Source: Faecousia sp. (GTDB lineage Bacteria > Bacillota > Clostridia > Oscillospirales > Oscillospiraceae). Taken from it: a DNA stretch of 64,000 bases. The notes under the pieces were generated by a model that saw only the letters and a list, made by a program, of their open reading frames with translations, was not told the DNA's origin and made no database searches. Below, in pieces: positions 10,289 through 20,108 of this stretch (position 1 is its first letter; each line of letters begins with the position of its first letter). Location: positions 15,206 to 79,205 of the forward strand of contig JAZOUU010000103.1 in assembly GCA_045658365.1 (NCBI GenBank). Reading direction: 5' to 3'. The position numbers and the translations under genes are program-made.

Positions 10289-11497
10289 ATGAATGTGAAA
10301 TTTTTGCATCTTTTACGAATGTATTTTCGTGGAATCAAGGGCTCTGCCATGATTCTAGCTTTTATGATGACTATTTCGATGCTGATCGGTGTGCTCACAT
10401 ACTCAAGAATACAATATATAACAAGTGAATTCAATGTAGTTAATAGCGCAACAATTCCGGATGCATATTATGTTGAATATTTTTATTCAATCAAAGATTA
10501 CAAAGATGGTGAAATCTCGAATACTACCGAAACCACAATCAAGGAACTTGAAGAACATCCGAGCGTCGATAATATATATCCGATCAAGGTTGTTAATCCG
10601 CTTACTTATGAGGGGTATAGTATTAGCATAGTTCTTTACGAGCCGGGTATGGTTGAAGCTTTCCCTGCACTTCAAGCCCTTGGTATAGATTTTTCATCAA
10701 ATCAAAACGGATGTGTTCTCGGAAGTAAAATATTTTCAGGACTTAATCAATCAGAAGAAGTTACTTTGGAATTCTATCGCCCTGAAACTCATACCGAATC
10801 GTTTGAAATCGCGTCACATTTAAAGTATCCATATAAATACTTGTCGCTGTCTACATCTAATACTACTGTTACAGCAAAGGACTTGTTCTTTTCCGGCGAT
10901 GTAATTCTCATGCAATCAACCGACGAGGTAATGAGCAAACTCGAAGGGATTGCGGAGATTGAATGCAATAGCAATTTTATTCTATCTCTGAAGAATGATC
11001 TTGGAGAAGATGAAAAGCAAGCAGTTCTGAATGAAATTAAGAAAAACGCAAAAGTATTTCCGCTGGACGAAATAGTGGACAAAAGTGAAGAAACGGTAAC
11101 CAAGCAAATTAAAATGATAGCACCGCGCCCAATTTTTCTGTTGTTGTCAGCGATAATTGCATACTTTAGCAACGTTATCTTAACAGTGATCAAAAAAGAA
11201 AAAGAGCTTGCAATATTTTATCTATGTGGTGGCAGTAAAAATATATGCATATTGGTTTCGATTGTCGCAAACTGCTTGATAGCTTTCGGTCCGGTAGTTA
11301 TCAATTGCTTATTCATTCTACTGGCGCCGACATATGATTGGTTGGGTTATATAGACCTAGGCGGTTTCTTTATTACCCCCGATGCATACGGTCTTGTTTT
11401 AGGCTGCTTTGCAGCGACATTAGCGATTTCGGCCATTACCGTTATCGCAACCATGCATAAGAAAACACCATCTACATTTTTGCGAGGTATCACGTGA
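10289..11497 (+). CDS. FtsX/MacB-type ABC transporter permease
   Basis: Same topology; KELAIFYLCGGS motif. Confidence 0.75.
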   Translation: MNVKFLHLLRMYFRGIKGSAMILAFMMTISMLIGVLTYSRIQYITSEFNVVNSATIPDAYYVEYFYSIKDYKDGEISNTTETTIKELEEHPSVDNIYPIKVVNPLTYEGYSISIVLYEPGMVEAFPALQALGIDFSSNQNGCVLGSKIFSGLNQSEEVTLEFYRPETHTESFEIASHLKYPYKYLSLSTSNTTVTAKDLFFSGDVILMQSTDEVMSKLEGIAEIECNSNFILSLKNDLGEDEKQAVLNEIKKNAKVFPLDEIVDKSEETVTKQIKMIAPRPIFLLLSAIIAYFSNVILTVIKKEKELAIFYLCGGSKNICILVSIVANCLIAFGPVVINCLFILLAPTYDWLGYIDLGGFFITPDAYGLVLGCFAATLAISAITVIATMHKKTPSTFLRGIT

Positions 11498-12174
11498 TGA
11501 TTAAATTGAAAAACGTAAGCAAAATATACAGCATGGGAAATGACGAATTAAGGGCACTCGATCGGGTTAATCTTGAAATTTCCCGCGGAGAATTTGTTTC
11601 TATTTGCGGAGCTTCCGGTTCTGGAAAAACCACTTTGCTGAACATTATCGGTTGTCTGGATGACTATGATGAGGGACAATACTGCTTGAATGGCATTGAT
11701 GTTTCCGGGTTTAAGGATGGAAAACGGGCAGAAATAAGAAATAAAACCGTAGGTTTTGTATTGCAAGATTTTGCGCTGATCAATTCGCAAACGGTTCTTT
11801 ATAATGTAATGCTGCCATTGCTTTTTGGGAAATGCGCATACAGCCAACTGAAAAACAAGGCATTAACAGCATTAGAGCTAGTAGGCATTAAAGATCAAGC
11901 ATACAAAAAAGCAAACCAACTCTCTGGTGGACAGAGACAGCGTGTGGCTATCGCTCGTGCGATTGTCAATTCTCCACTGATGATTTTGGCAGATGAACCG
12001 ACCGGTCAGCTTGATTCACAAACAGGAAAGCAGATAATGGACCTTCTGAAGGCTCTGAATAAAAAGGGAGTATCGGTAATTGTAGTGACGCATGATCAAA
12101 GTGTTGCAGCAATGGCAGATAGAGTTATCACTGTATCAGATGGCCATATTTTAAACGATGTACATACAGATTAA
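11494..12174 (+). CDS. ABC transporter ATP-binding protein (LolD/MacB type)
   Basis: [33 protein letters not shown]. Confidence 0.95.
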   Translation: MMIKLKNVSKIYSMGNDELRALDRVNLEISRGEFVSICGASGSGKTTLLNIIGCLDDYDEGQYCLNGIDVSGFKDGKRAEIRNKTVGFVLQDFALINSQTVLYNVMLPLLFGKCAYSQLKNKALTALELVGIKDQAYKKANQLSGGQRQRVAIARAIVNSPLMILADEPTGQLDSQTGKQIMDLLKALNKKGVSVIVVTHDQSVAAMADRVITVSDGHILNDVHTD

Positions 12175-12177
12175 AGC

Positions 12178-12208
12178 CAAAACCTCCGGCACGCAGCCGG
12201 AGGTTTTG
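12178..12208 (+). terminator. Rho-independent terminator
   Basis: caaaacctccggc / gccggaggttttg. Confidence 0.75.
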
Positions 12209-12311
12209 ACTAAAAGTCTTAGTCCTAAATCGACGTGCTTAGCAGATTGCTGGTTATGAATACTACTATTTTAGTCTAAATACTCTTAGGCTTTAGAGTT
12301 TTGTGTTTTTG

Positions 12312-12345
12312 TGTCCAAATGAGGGGGATATATTCGTTACTATAG
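12312..12345 (+). promoter_or_regulatory. Putative ECF-sigma promoter (copy 2)
   Basis: TGTCCAAatgagggggatatattCGTTACTATAG. Confidence 0.75.
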
Positions 12346-12526
12346 ATGACATGGAGATTAGGGAGGTGTGTGCCATGAAGTAATTTAGTTCGCCCCTCGC
12401 AGCGACGGAACCTATCGCAATGGTTATGTATTTAGACATAATCACGTTTGCGAATGCGAGGATTCATGAGAAGATAAGCCGCCTGTTCGAACATAGTTTC
12501 AGCTATGCTACTAAGGAGGACTAAAA

Positions 12527-15451
12527 ATGAAGAATAAAAATAGTAAACAACTTTACAAGCTAGTTTCATTCTTACTTGTAATCGTTCTATTATGCCAGTT
12601 TCCACTTAATACCATTGCAATTGGTGACAATGAAACTGAAATAACATCGGTGTCAGAAACCCCCGTGTTGGAGGAAACGGTTGACAATGAAGTAATACCA
12701 CTGGTATCTGCAGCCGAAGTCCCAAACTTCATCTCGCAAGCACAGATTGAAGAGCATGGGCATATTTCTCGCCTTTCTGACGAAGAGACCTTAAATACAT
12801 TGGTGTATCTGAACAGAGATGGGACAAAAACTAAGTACATTATGGATTACCCGGTCAAGTATGTTGACGAAAACGGGGATACGAAATTCGTCGATTTGTC
12901 ATTGAGCGAAACTACTACGGCCTTTGAAACCACAGCAAATGACATTGTATTGTCTGTTTCTAAGGATTATACCAAAGGCATTACGTTGACATACAATGAT
13001 TATGCGGTTTCTTTAGTTGCAATGCCCGGCAACAAAACCGTAGTCTCTGGAGGCATTAGCACAGCACCAATCGTCATGGCAACAAAAAACAATAATGCAG
13101 TTACATACAACGATGTTTTTGGCACAGATATTGACATACGATATTCGCCGTTACATAATGGTGTTAAAGAGGACATCATTCTTCAGGCCTATAATGGCAC
13201 GAATACATTTGATTTTTTGCTCAGCACCAGCGGCTTGGGGGTATATTCAGAAAAGGATAATTATTATCTAGCTGAAGCGGCAAATGCTGATATGCGAATG
13301 GACCTTGGAAAGGTTATTGTATATGATGCAAATCGTAAAATATCTGAAGGCTCTTTGACAGTAACCACTCTAAAAGAAAACCAATTATATCAGGTAACGG
13401 TATCTGTTGATCAAGCATTTCTCACTGACCCTCATACGGTTTATCCGGTGCAGGTTGATCCTAGCATTATGGTATCCGATACAACTCACGGCGCTAACGC
13501 AGTGATCGACTGCCCTGTATATTCTGGAAAGCAAACGGTTAATATGGGAACCGCTCTATATAACCACATAGGTTATATAGACAGCGCTTATCAGACCGGA
13601 AGAACGGCAGTAAAATTAGTTGGTCTTATTAACGATACTACATACCAAGGTCTACATAGAGATGCGATACAAAGTGCATATTTCTACGTCAAAGATTCTT
13701 CTGGTACTGCAACAAAACAAATTAACATTTATGCACTTACTAGCAATAGTACGTGGACAGAAACGTCGTTGACATGGAGTACGGTTGGTACTGTATCTTC
13801 AACCCTGCAAGCATCTGCTAATGTTGGTGGTGGAGCTTGGTCGAGTTTTGATATTACTAATTTGATAAAAGAATGGAAAAGTGGTAATTTAAACCCTAAT
13901 TGCGGTTTTATTTTGCAAAGCACTAACGAATCTTTAGCGGGTAATTTTTTCTCGTCTGAATCTGCAGAAGCAAACTGGCCATATCTTGCACTAACATATG
14001 TATATGGTTCAGGGGGTGGAGATAGCTTCTTAACTGCCGAAGAGGTAGTTTGGGGTGACGCATTTATTTATGCGTATCCAGTCGTGAAAAATGAAAAGAG
14101 GTATTATTGGATAAGACCGACTGAGACATGTACGTATCTATTTACAAGCATTCCAGGGGAAGGGGACCCAAAGATTTGGCTTTATAATGAGAACCAAACT
14201 CTAATTGGATCCAACGATGACGGTGCAGGCAACCTGCAGTTTCGTTTTGAAGCCACATTAAATGCGAATGCTAAGTATTACATTGTTCTCGGACATTCCG
14301 GAAGCAGTACCGGATTATTTGGGTTAAGCATATATAAAAACGCCAATATTGCTAACGGAACATATTATTTTAAGAGTGGAAATGGAATGTATCTTGACAT
14401 CCATGGCCCTGTTGCACAAGAATTATTGCATCAGTGGCAATTTAGTTATGGTAGTCAACAAAAATGGAGCCTATTTAAGCTAACCGACGGATACTATACT
14501 ATTCGTGCATTATATGGAGATCAAAAATACGTTGCAATATCTAATAGTAATCTTAATTCAAATAATATTGTTCTTCAATCAAGCGTAACAGATGCGGCAA
14601 AATGGAGAATATTTACAACATCGAACGAATCGTTTTATTTAGAACCTAAGAACGCACCCGGAAAAATATTATATTGTCCCAATAACGTATTGGGAACTGA
14701 ATTGCAACTCATATGGATTTCGAGTGATTATCAGGGCTCCACAGCATGGAATCCGATTTGTTGTAATTACGACTATTCCGTTCAGCATTATTATGATCAA
14801 GGTTATAATGTTAGATATCCAGGCGCAGCAACTGCAATTGCGGATTATCAACGAATCTGTTCGGAAATTTTGCTTGATGTATTTGGAATCTCAATGACTG
14901 TAAACGGCATTCAAAATTACACGTCAAGTGCTGATACATGTACAGGAACACCAGTAACCATCGAAGACACCACAACAGCGTGTAGCTGCGGTTGGGGCAT
15001 AAATCACAAAAAAATAGATTTAATGTTGTTGAACTTGGTGCTGAACTACGGAGAGGGATCGAACATACTATCCAAATTTGCGTGGATTGGCCATGATTTA
15101 GATACGACACGCTCTGCATCATATACTGAAGCTAATTGCGTGATTATGGTTTCTTCGGGTGTCAATCGTATTAGAAATATTTGTACTCTTCTTCATGAAA
15201 CATCTCATGAAATTGGCGCTCCGGATCACTATTGCGAAGGAGACATAGATTCAACTGGAAAATGTTCAAACTCAACATGTTGGTCATGTTATCGGGGAAA
15301 GACGCCTCCAGCATGCATTATGACATCTGGTTATAATGCTGGAATTGAATCTGTAGTAAGTTATGGAATGGCCAGCGAGTTGTATTGCAGTGAGTGTTTG
15401 AGTAATACCAACGCAAACGGAATCTTTACACATCTGATAAATCATCATTAA
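12527..15451 (+). CDS. Large secreted multidomain protein: WapA/RHS-type N-terminus, DNRLRE-like, PPC-like and ricin-B-like domains, C-terminal Zn-metallopeptidase motif
   Basis: Signal peptide; GVKEDIIL and YPVQVDPS; WTETSLTW...FDITNLIKEW; DPKIWLY...NDDG; YLDI...QKW; HETSHEIGAPDH. Confidence 0.75.
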   Translation: MKNKNSKQLYKLVSFLLVIVLLCQFPLNTIAIGDNETEITSVSETPVLEETVDNEVIPLVSAAEVPNFISQAQIEEHGHISRLSDEETLNTLVYLNRDGTKTKYIMDYPVKYVDENGDTKFVDLSLSETTTAFETTANDIVLSVSKDYTKGITLTYNDYAVSLVAMPGNKTVVSGGISTAPIVMATKNNNAVTYNDVFGTDIDIRYSPLHNGVKEDIILQAYNGTNTFDFLLSTSGLGVYSEKDNYYLAEAANADMRMDLGKVIVYDANRKISEGSLTVTTLKENQLYQVTVSVDQAFLTDPHTVYPVQVDPSIMVSDTTHGANAVIDCPVYSGKQTVNMGTALYNHIGYIDSAYQTGRTAVKLVGLINDTTYQGLHRDAIQSAYFYVKDSSGTATKQINIYALTSNSTWTETSLTWSTVGTVSSTLQASANVGGGAWSSFDITNLIKEWKSGNLNPNCGFILQSTNESLAGNFFSSESAEANWPYLALTYVYGSGGGDSFLTAEEVVWGDAFIYAYPVVKNEKRYYWIRPTETCTYLFTSIPGEGDPKIWLYNENQTLIGSNDDGAGNLQFRFEATLNANAKYYIVLGHSGSSTGLFGLSIYKNANIANGTYYFKSGNGMYLDIHGPVAQELLHQWQFSYGSQQKWSLFKLTDGYYTIRALYGDQKYVAISNSNLNSNNIVLQSSVTDAAKWRIFTTSNESFYLEPKNAPGKILYCPNNVLGTELQLIWISSDYQGSTAWNPICCNYDYSVQHYYDQGYNVRYPGAATAIADYQRICSEILLDVFGISMTVNGIQNYTSSADTCTGTPVTIEDTTTACSCGWGINHKKIDLMLLNLVLNYGEGSNILSKFAWIGHDLDTTRSASYTEANCVIMVSSGVNRIRNICTLLHETSHEIGAPDHYCEGDIDSTGKCSNSTCWSCYRGKTPPACIMTSGYNAGIESVVSYGMASELYCSECLSNTNANGIFTHLINHH

Positions 15452-15519
15452 TAATATTTGCTAACGCTCTAGCTGTTTAATAAAGGTCATTATACATTAT
15501 AGAGTACGGAGGGATTATT

Positions 15520-16239
15520 GTGAGAAAAATATATACATTGCTTTTGATTCTGCTTATCCTTACTATTTGTGGCTGTCAGGTTAACAATGAAAAATACAGT
15601 ACTCCAGAAACAAAGGAAACTCATATTTACAGTGAAACACCATTTATGATTATTTTAAGAAGCCATAATGAACTTGAAGAAATGCGGAAGATGGCTGTTA
15701 CCACTGATCAAGATGCACTCAACGAGTATTTACTTCAAATGGGGCTCTCGTCAAAAGATGAAATTGTGGATTTTTTAGAAAAATATGATTCCTTGCCAAA
15801 AATAAATTTAATAGAGGGGAATCTTTGTCTTATTATGCGACAAATGGGAACGGTAAAAGCGCGGGATGAAGATGGCAACCTTTATGATACAGGATCAGTT
15901 TATGACATCATGTATATTACAGTAGAATCCGATGACGGGGATTGGGTTCGTACAAATTATTATTTGTCAAAAGAGACGGGCAAGTTATCTGAAGAGTACA
16001 ATGAAGGTAAACTTGGAACTGAAGCGCTTGCAGAACCTATACTTGTATTGGACGGTAGAGGTTGTATTTACAGCGAATCGCAAGATTATTCCCTAGCAGA
16101 GAAAAGAGATGTAACAGTTTGGGACATGAGCGTTGATGGAATTCATGTAGAAGTAGTATATTGTTCGGATAGCGTTACTCCAATAAGTGTTGCAGCTATA
16201 TTTGACAAAGCTACAATTTCTAACGAAGAAATTGATTAA
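15520..16239 (+). CDS. Acidic lipoprotein, possible immunity/partner protein
   Basis: Lipobox-like TICGC after hydrophobic N-terminus; RBS GGAGG. Confidence 0.7.
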   Translation: MRKIYTLLLILLILTICGCQVNNEKYSTPETKETHIYSETPFMIILRSHNELEEMRKMAVTTDQDALNEYLLQMGLSSKDEIVDFLEKYDSLPKINLIEGNLCLIMRQMGTVKARDEDGNLYDTGSVYDIMYITVESDDGDWVRTNYYLSKETGKLSEEYNEGKLGTEALAEPILVLDGRGCIYSESQDYSLAEKRDVTVWDMSVDGIHVEVVYCSDSVTPISVAAIFDKATISNEEID

Positions 16240-16374
16240 GCAAGGATGCAAAATTTGCGTTACTTATGGAGAGATGTACAAATTGGAAATAGTGTTGATA
16301 ATAATATCGTCAGCACATCAACCAATAGGTTGACGTTGGAAGAAGCGCAAGAAGTATATTTGGATTCAAACAGA

Positions 16375-16396
16375 ACCGCACCCTTCGGGGTGCGGT
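16375..16396 (+). terminator. GC-rich hairpin with UUCG loop
   Basis: accgcaccc-ttcg-gggtgcggt. Confidence 0.55.
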
Positions 16397-16760
16397 CTTG
16401 TGTTATATCCGTGAATCCAAATCACGGACAAATCTAAAACTTGGGAAAAACATAATAATATCAGGACGAATACGAAAGAAGTACCATTTATGGCCAACAT
16501 CAAAATGCTACAGGAACATAACGAGCTTCACAAAGCGATTTGGAGCATTAATGACGAGCTGCGAGGCAGTATTGGCGGTTGAAAATTTAAGAACTATTTT
16601 CTGGGCACCATGAAGTTCTACTACTATATTTCCGGGAATATTGCATGACACATCAATAAACATAATGAGGTTCTGATAATGAAGAGTTCATTACGCAGAT
16701 GTGTCTAATCAAGAGAATTTTAGGCCTCTGGAATTGAAATTATTGCCCTAATCTTTTTTC

Positions 16761-16788
16761 TTGACGAAAATTAATGTGTTGATATAAT
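16761..16788 (+). promoter_or_regulatory. Sigma-A-type promoter of the ECF sigma gene
   Basis: TTGACG-N16-TATAAT with extended -10 TG. Confidence 0.6.
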
Positions 16789-16838
16789 TATAATAACTGG
16801 GCACATTTCAATTAGATAGATTGAGGAGATAGAGAGAT

Positions 16839-17360
16839 ATGCTAATTTATCTGCAAATGATAGACACTCTAGAGGACAAGCATAAGTTTGAAATCATCTA
16901 CGAGGCATATCGGGAGGAACTTTACAATATTGCAAATGATATTTTGCACAACAGCCATGATGCCGAAGATGCAGTTCATCACGGCTTTCTTAAGCTCGCA
17001 GAAAATATTTTGAAAATCGGGGATCCAAAGTGTCTTAAAACTAAGGGTTATATCGTTACTATAGTTGAAAACAGAGCTATAGACATTTATCGAGCAAAAC
17101 AAGCGCATCCTACGGTGCCATATAGCGATGAAACCGTGGGCATTCAGGTGGAGTATGATGGTGCCAACAATTTGACAGATTGCATTCTAAAGCTCCCAAC
17201 CCGTCAACGAAGTATCATCGTTTTGAAATACCATCACGGATATGAGTTGAAGGTAATTGCGAAAATGCTCGGTATTACATATGCGAATGCTCTGAAGATT
17301 GAACATAGAGCAAAGAAACGATTGGAAGCGCTATGTAAGGAGGCAGACATTGAATGGTAA
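16839..17360 (+). CDS. ECF RNA polymerase sigma factor
   Basis: DAEDAVH..FLK region 2, IVENRAID, LP.RQR....LKY.HGY....IA..LG region 4. Confidence 0.92.
   Translation: MLIYLQMIDTLEDKHKFEIIYEAYREELYNIANDILHNSHDAEDAVHHGFLKLAENILKIGDPKCLKTKGYIVTIVENRAIDIYRAKQAHPTVPYSDETVGIQVEYDGANNLTDCILKLPTRQRSIIVLKYHHGYELKVIAKMLGITYANALKIEHRAKKRLEALCKEADIEW
17031..17064 (+). promoter_or_regulatory. Promoter-motif copy inside the sigma gene
   Basis: TGTCTTA-N16-CGTTACTATAG; 20 bp (atatcgttactatagttgaa) identical to 8661-8680. Confidence 0.5.
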
Positions 17361-18028
17361 CGAATGCAATGCTGCGGGAAGCGGCAGGGGAAGCAGAGAA
17401 AGCACTGCTGCAATCTCTCGAAAACAAAACATATGAACCGCATCAGTTCTCTGATCGCTTTGAAAAGAAAATTGACAAACTGATCCGCAGGGCAAAACAC
17501 CCGGTCCGATATAATGTGATGCGTTCCACAGCAGCGATCCTTTTGGCTGTTGTTATTTTGTTTGGTATGGTATTCGCAATTAGTCCAGAGGTTCGAGCAG
17601 GTGTTATCAATTGGGTTAAAAGCACATTTATGAGATACTCTCAATATTCAAGCGATGGAAACAACAGCAACATTGAGTACGAATACTTTTTCCAAACAGT
17701 TCCGAGCGGCTATTCTGAATTAAAAATTATTGACAGCAAGGACGGAAAAACATATTTATACATCAATAAGGAAGCTAATTTATTACAATTTACATATGCG
17801 CACGGTAGCAGAATTGATAATTTCTTCGTTAAAACTGATTTACATACTCATATAGAAGGATTTGTAAATGAAAACAAAGCAGATATCTACATAGCTAACA
17901 GCAACAAGGAATCTAGTGCAATTGTTTGGCAGGATAGCGAAACAGACACATTACTTTGCATTAGTGCAAAAGCTGATATAGATCTGTTAATTGCATTTGC
18001 AGAGTCTGTTACAAAATCTCCCAAATGA
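17354..18028 (+). CDS. DUF4367-domain membrane protein, putative anti-sigma/receptor
   Basis: HQFSDRFEKKIDKL, single TM, VPSGY, IVWQD...ISA......LIAFAES; overlaps the sigma stop. Confidence 0.85.
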   Translation: MVTNAMLREAAGEAEKALLQSLENKTYEPHQFSDRFEKKIDKLIRRAKHPVRYNVMRSTAAILLAVVILFGMVFAISPEVRAGVINWVKSTFMRYSQYSSDGNNSNIEYEYFFQTVPSGYSELKIIDSKDGKTYLYINKEANLLQFTYAHGSRIDNFFVKTDLHTHIEGFVNENKADIYIANSNKESSAIVWQDSETDTLLCISAKADIDLLIAFAESVTKSPK

Positions 18029-18047
18029 AAAAATAATTGCCAATTAG

Positions 18048-18081
18048 TGTCCAATTACACCCCCTTAAATCGTTACTATAG
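18048..18081 (+). promoter_or_regulatory. Putative ECF-sigma promoter (copy 3)
   Basis: TGTCCAAttacacccccttaaatCGTTACTATAG. Confidence 0.75.
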
Positions 18082-18109
18082 TTAGTGCGATAGAAAGGGG
18101 GTGAATTTT

Positions 18110-18457
18110 ATGAGGAAGGTAGCATTGTTTTTGGCGATCATCATTGTGGTTGCCATGCCATTAAGTGTATCAGCTGCATCCAGAGCAATTACTGTTAACC
18201 CGACGCTTCAATTTTCTGGAACAACTGCTGAGTGTGAAGCGATTGTGGTTGGAGATAATGGCACGGATTACATCGAGGTTACAATGAAGCTGATGCGAGG
18301 AGCCAGTTGTGTTGCGACTTGGAGCGACAGTGGATACGGTTATGTATATATGTATGAAGAAGCAAGCGTCGTCAGAAATGTTACATATACACTGGTGGTT
18401 CAAGTTAAAATCAATAACGTCGCATTGGATCCCGTATCGGCAAGTGGAAAAAGCTAA
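18110..18457 (+). CDS. Small secreted beta-rich protein downstream of sigma/anti-sigma
   Basis: Signal peptide ending VSA; RBS AAGGGGGTG. Confidence 0.8.
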   Translation: MRKVALFLAIIIVVAMPLSVSAASRAITVNPTLQFSGTTAECEAIVVGDNGTDYIEVTMKLMRGASCVATWSDSGYGYVYMYEEASVVRNVTYTLVVQVKINNVALDPVSASGKS

Positions 18458-18538
18458 TGAAGTGAATGTTATCACAAAAGGAATCTATTGTGGTAATATA
18501 GAAGTAGTCAATAATTAGCAGATACGATAATCCTTATG

Positions 18539-18573
18539 CCACCAGTTCTGTTCTAAATAGGACTGGTGGTTTT
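18539..18573 (+). terminator. Rho-independent terminator
   Basis: ccaccagttct / ggactggtgg followed by tttt. Confidence 0.65.
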
Positions 18574-19124
18574 AATTGTATTAAAGCCAGCCCTAGGTTT
18601 TATTGGGGCAATTTATAGATTGGGGTGTGCCCATGGCATTATGGCCCGCAGGCGGATCGACGAATCTGGCTCTTTTCGTAGCCGTCCGGTGGCGGTAGTA
18701 GATCAGCTGGGCTGGGTACGCTGCCGGACTATATGTTCATAGCCTTACCGAGGAACTGCTGGCATGGTCGAAAACATTAATACACCCGATACCACCGGGA
18801 GACCTACAGCTTTTGTCGAGTTTACGTTTCTGCTATCGAATCATCTCTCGTTGTTGTTATCAAAACGAGCAATGCAATGAGCGATGGGAAGATGGACAAA
18901 GCAACCCTTCGGTGGCTTCATATCGAAAAGTTATTAAAAACTACGAGTTTATTATGAATTCGATGTCCAGACTCTTTGAAACATTTCTGTTGCTATCGCC
19001 AACCGCATACTCGTCGGTCTCCTCGCCGATGGCAGCTTACAAAATACCGCGAGGGTGGTTTGTTGGCATATAAGTTTAAATTCTAATTCTAGGCAACCAA
19101 TAAAGAGGAATAGGGTGTGAAAAA

Positions 19125-20108
19125 GTGGAACGAGATTTTAGATATTTAAGAGATATGCACACCGATGCTGGCGCAAGAGAGATATTTGAAAAAATATGTA
19201 CGGAATGGCTTTATGCACAATACGGAGACAATGCGCACAACATTCGAGTCAGTCAAGGCGATGCGGGTATAGATATTTTGGTAGGCGATTTTTCGGCGCC
19301 AATTCAGAATTACCAGTGCAAATTCTTTTTGGATGGGATTGGCGATGCGCAAAAGAATCAGATTAGGGATTCTTTTAAGACAGCCGTTACATCTTCTTCC
19401 TATACAATGGAAAAATGGATTCTGTGCGTACCGTGCACATTAAGTGCGCCTGAATTTAAGTGGTGGAGTGAATGGCGGTCTAAGCAGGAGAAACTTTATG
19501 GAATTGATATAGCTCTTCATGAAGGCGGCTATCTTATTTCGCAACTTAAAAAGTACGATATTTATCAGACTGCTTTTGATGATGATGTTCGTGAAAAGCT
19601 TGATACAATTCTATCATACTTTAGTGATGAGAAAAGAAAGATACACGAAGAAATAATTGTGATGCTTAATGAACTGAATGTTGAGCAATTCAATGATATG
19701 ATTTTTGTCAAGAAACTGGAAAATGCAAATATAGCACTTTTAGATGGTTGCAAACGAGATTTTTTTAATGCCGAATTAGTTGAACAAACAATAGAAAGCA
19801 AAGGAGATCCTGAGAATATTCGTTTGCTTAATAATTTGAAGCAAAAAGTGTATTCCCTGTGGGAAACGCAATTTCGGAGGTATTCTGATGACTTAGACGG
19901 GAATGAATTGCTCTCACGTACATACGAGCGTATTGAAGATACAGACACAACAACGCTGAATTGCCCTGCTATTCCTGAGGCGAGTCTTTTTTCTAAGAAA
20001 GGCATTCTGCACCAATGGGCAGAAGAATGCAGTATTGGATGGCTGAAAGACTATAAACAAAAATTAAAAGAGTATTTGGCAAAGGGGACAGAGAAGCATG
20101 GAGATTAA
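19125..20108 (+). CDS. lmuA: Lamassu/ABC-3C effector: PD-(D/E)xK nuclease + C-terminal ABC-3C domain (LmuA-like)
   Basis: FEKIC, GDAGID, YQCKFF nuclease motifs; C-terminal KGILHQWAE...IGW. Confidence 0.75.
   Translation: MERDFRYLRDMHTDAGAREIFEKICTEWLYAQYGDNAHNIRVSQGDAGIDILVGDFSAPIQNYQCKFFLDGIGDAQKNQIRDSFKTAVTSSSYTMEKWILCVPCTLSAPEFKWWSEWRSKQEKLYGIDIALHEGGYLISQLKKYDIYQTAFDDDVREKLDTILSYFSDEKRKIHEEIIVMLNELNVEQFNDMIFVKKLENANIALLDGCKRDFFNAELVEQTIESKGDPENIRLLNNLKQKVYSLWETQFRRYSDDLDGNELLSRTYERIEDTDTTTLNCPAIPEASLFSKKGILHQWAEECSIGWLKDYKQKLKEYLAKGTEKHGD

Noticed and set aside
16246-16437. 63-aa ORF as an independent gene
   Set aside because: Runs through a terminator-like hairpin and looks like a fragment; mentioned only as a possible remnant
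18580-19073. GC-richer intergenic stretch and 86-aa ORF before lmuA
   Set aside because: Frames are interrupted by stops and show no recognisable family; possibly decayed DNA
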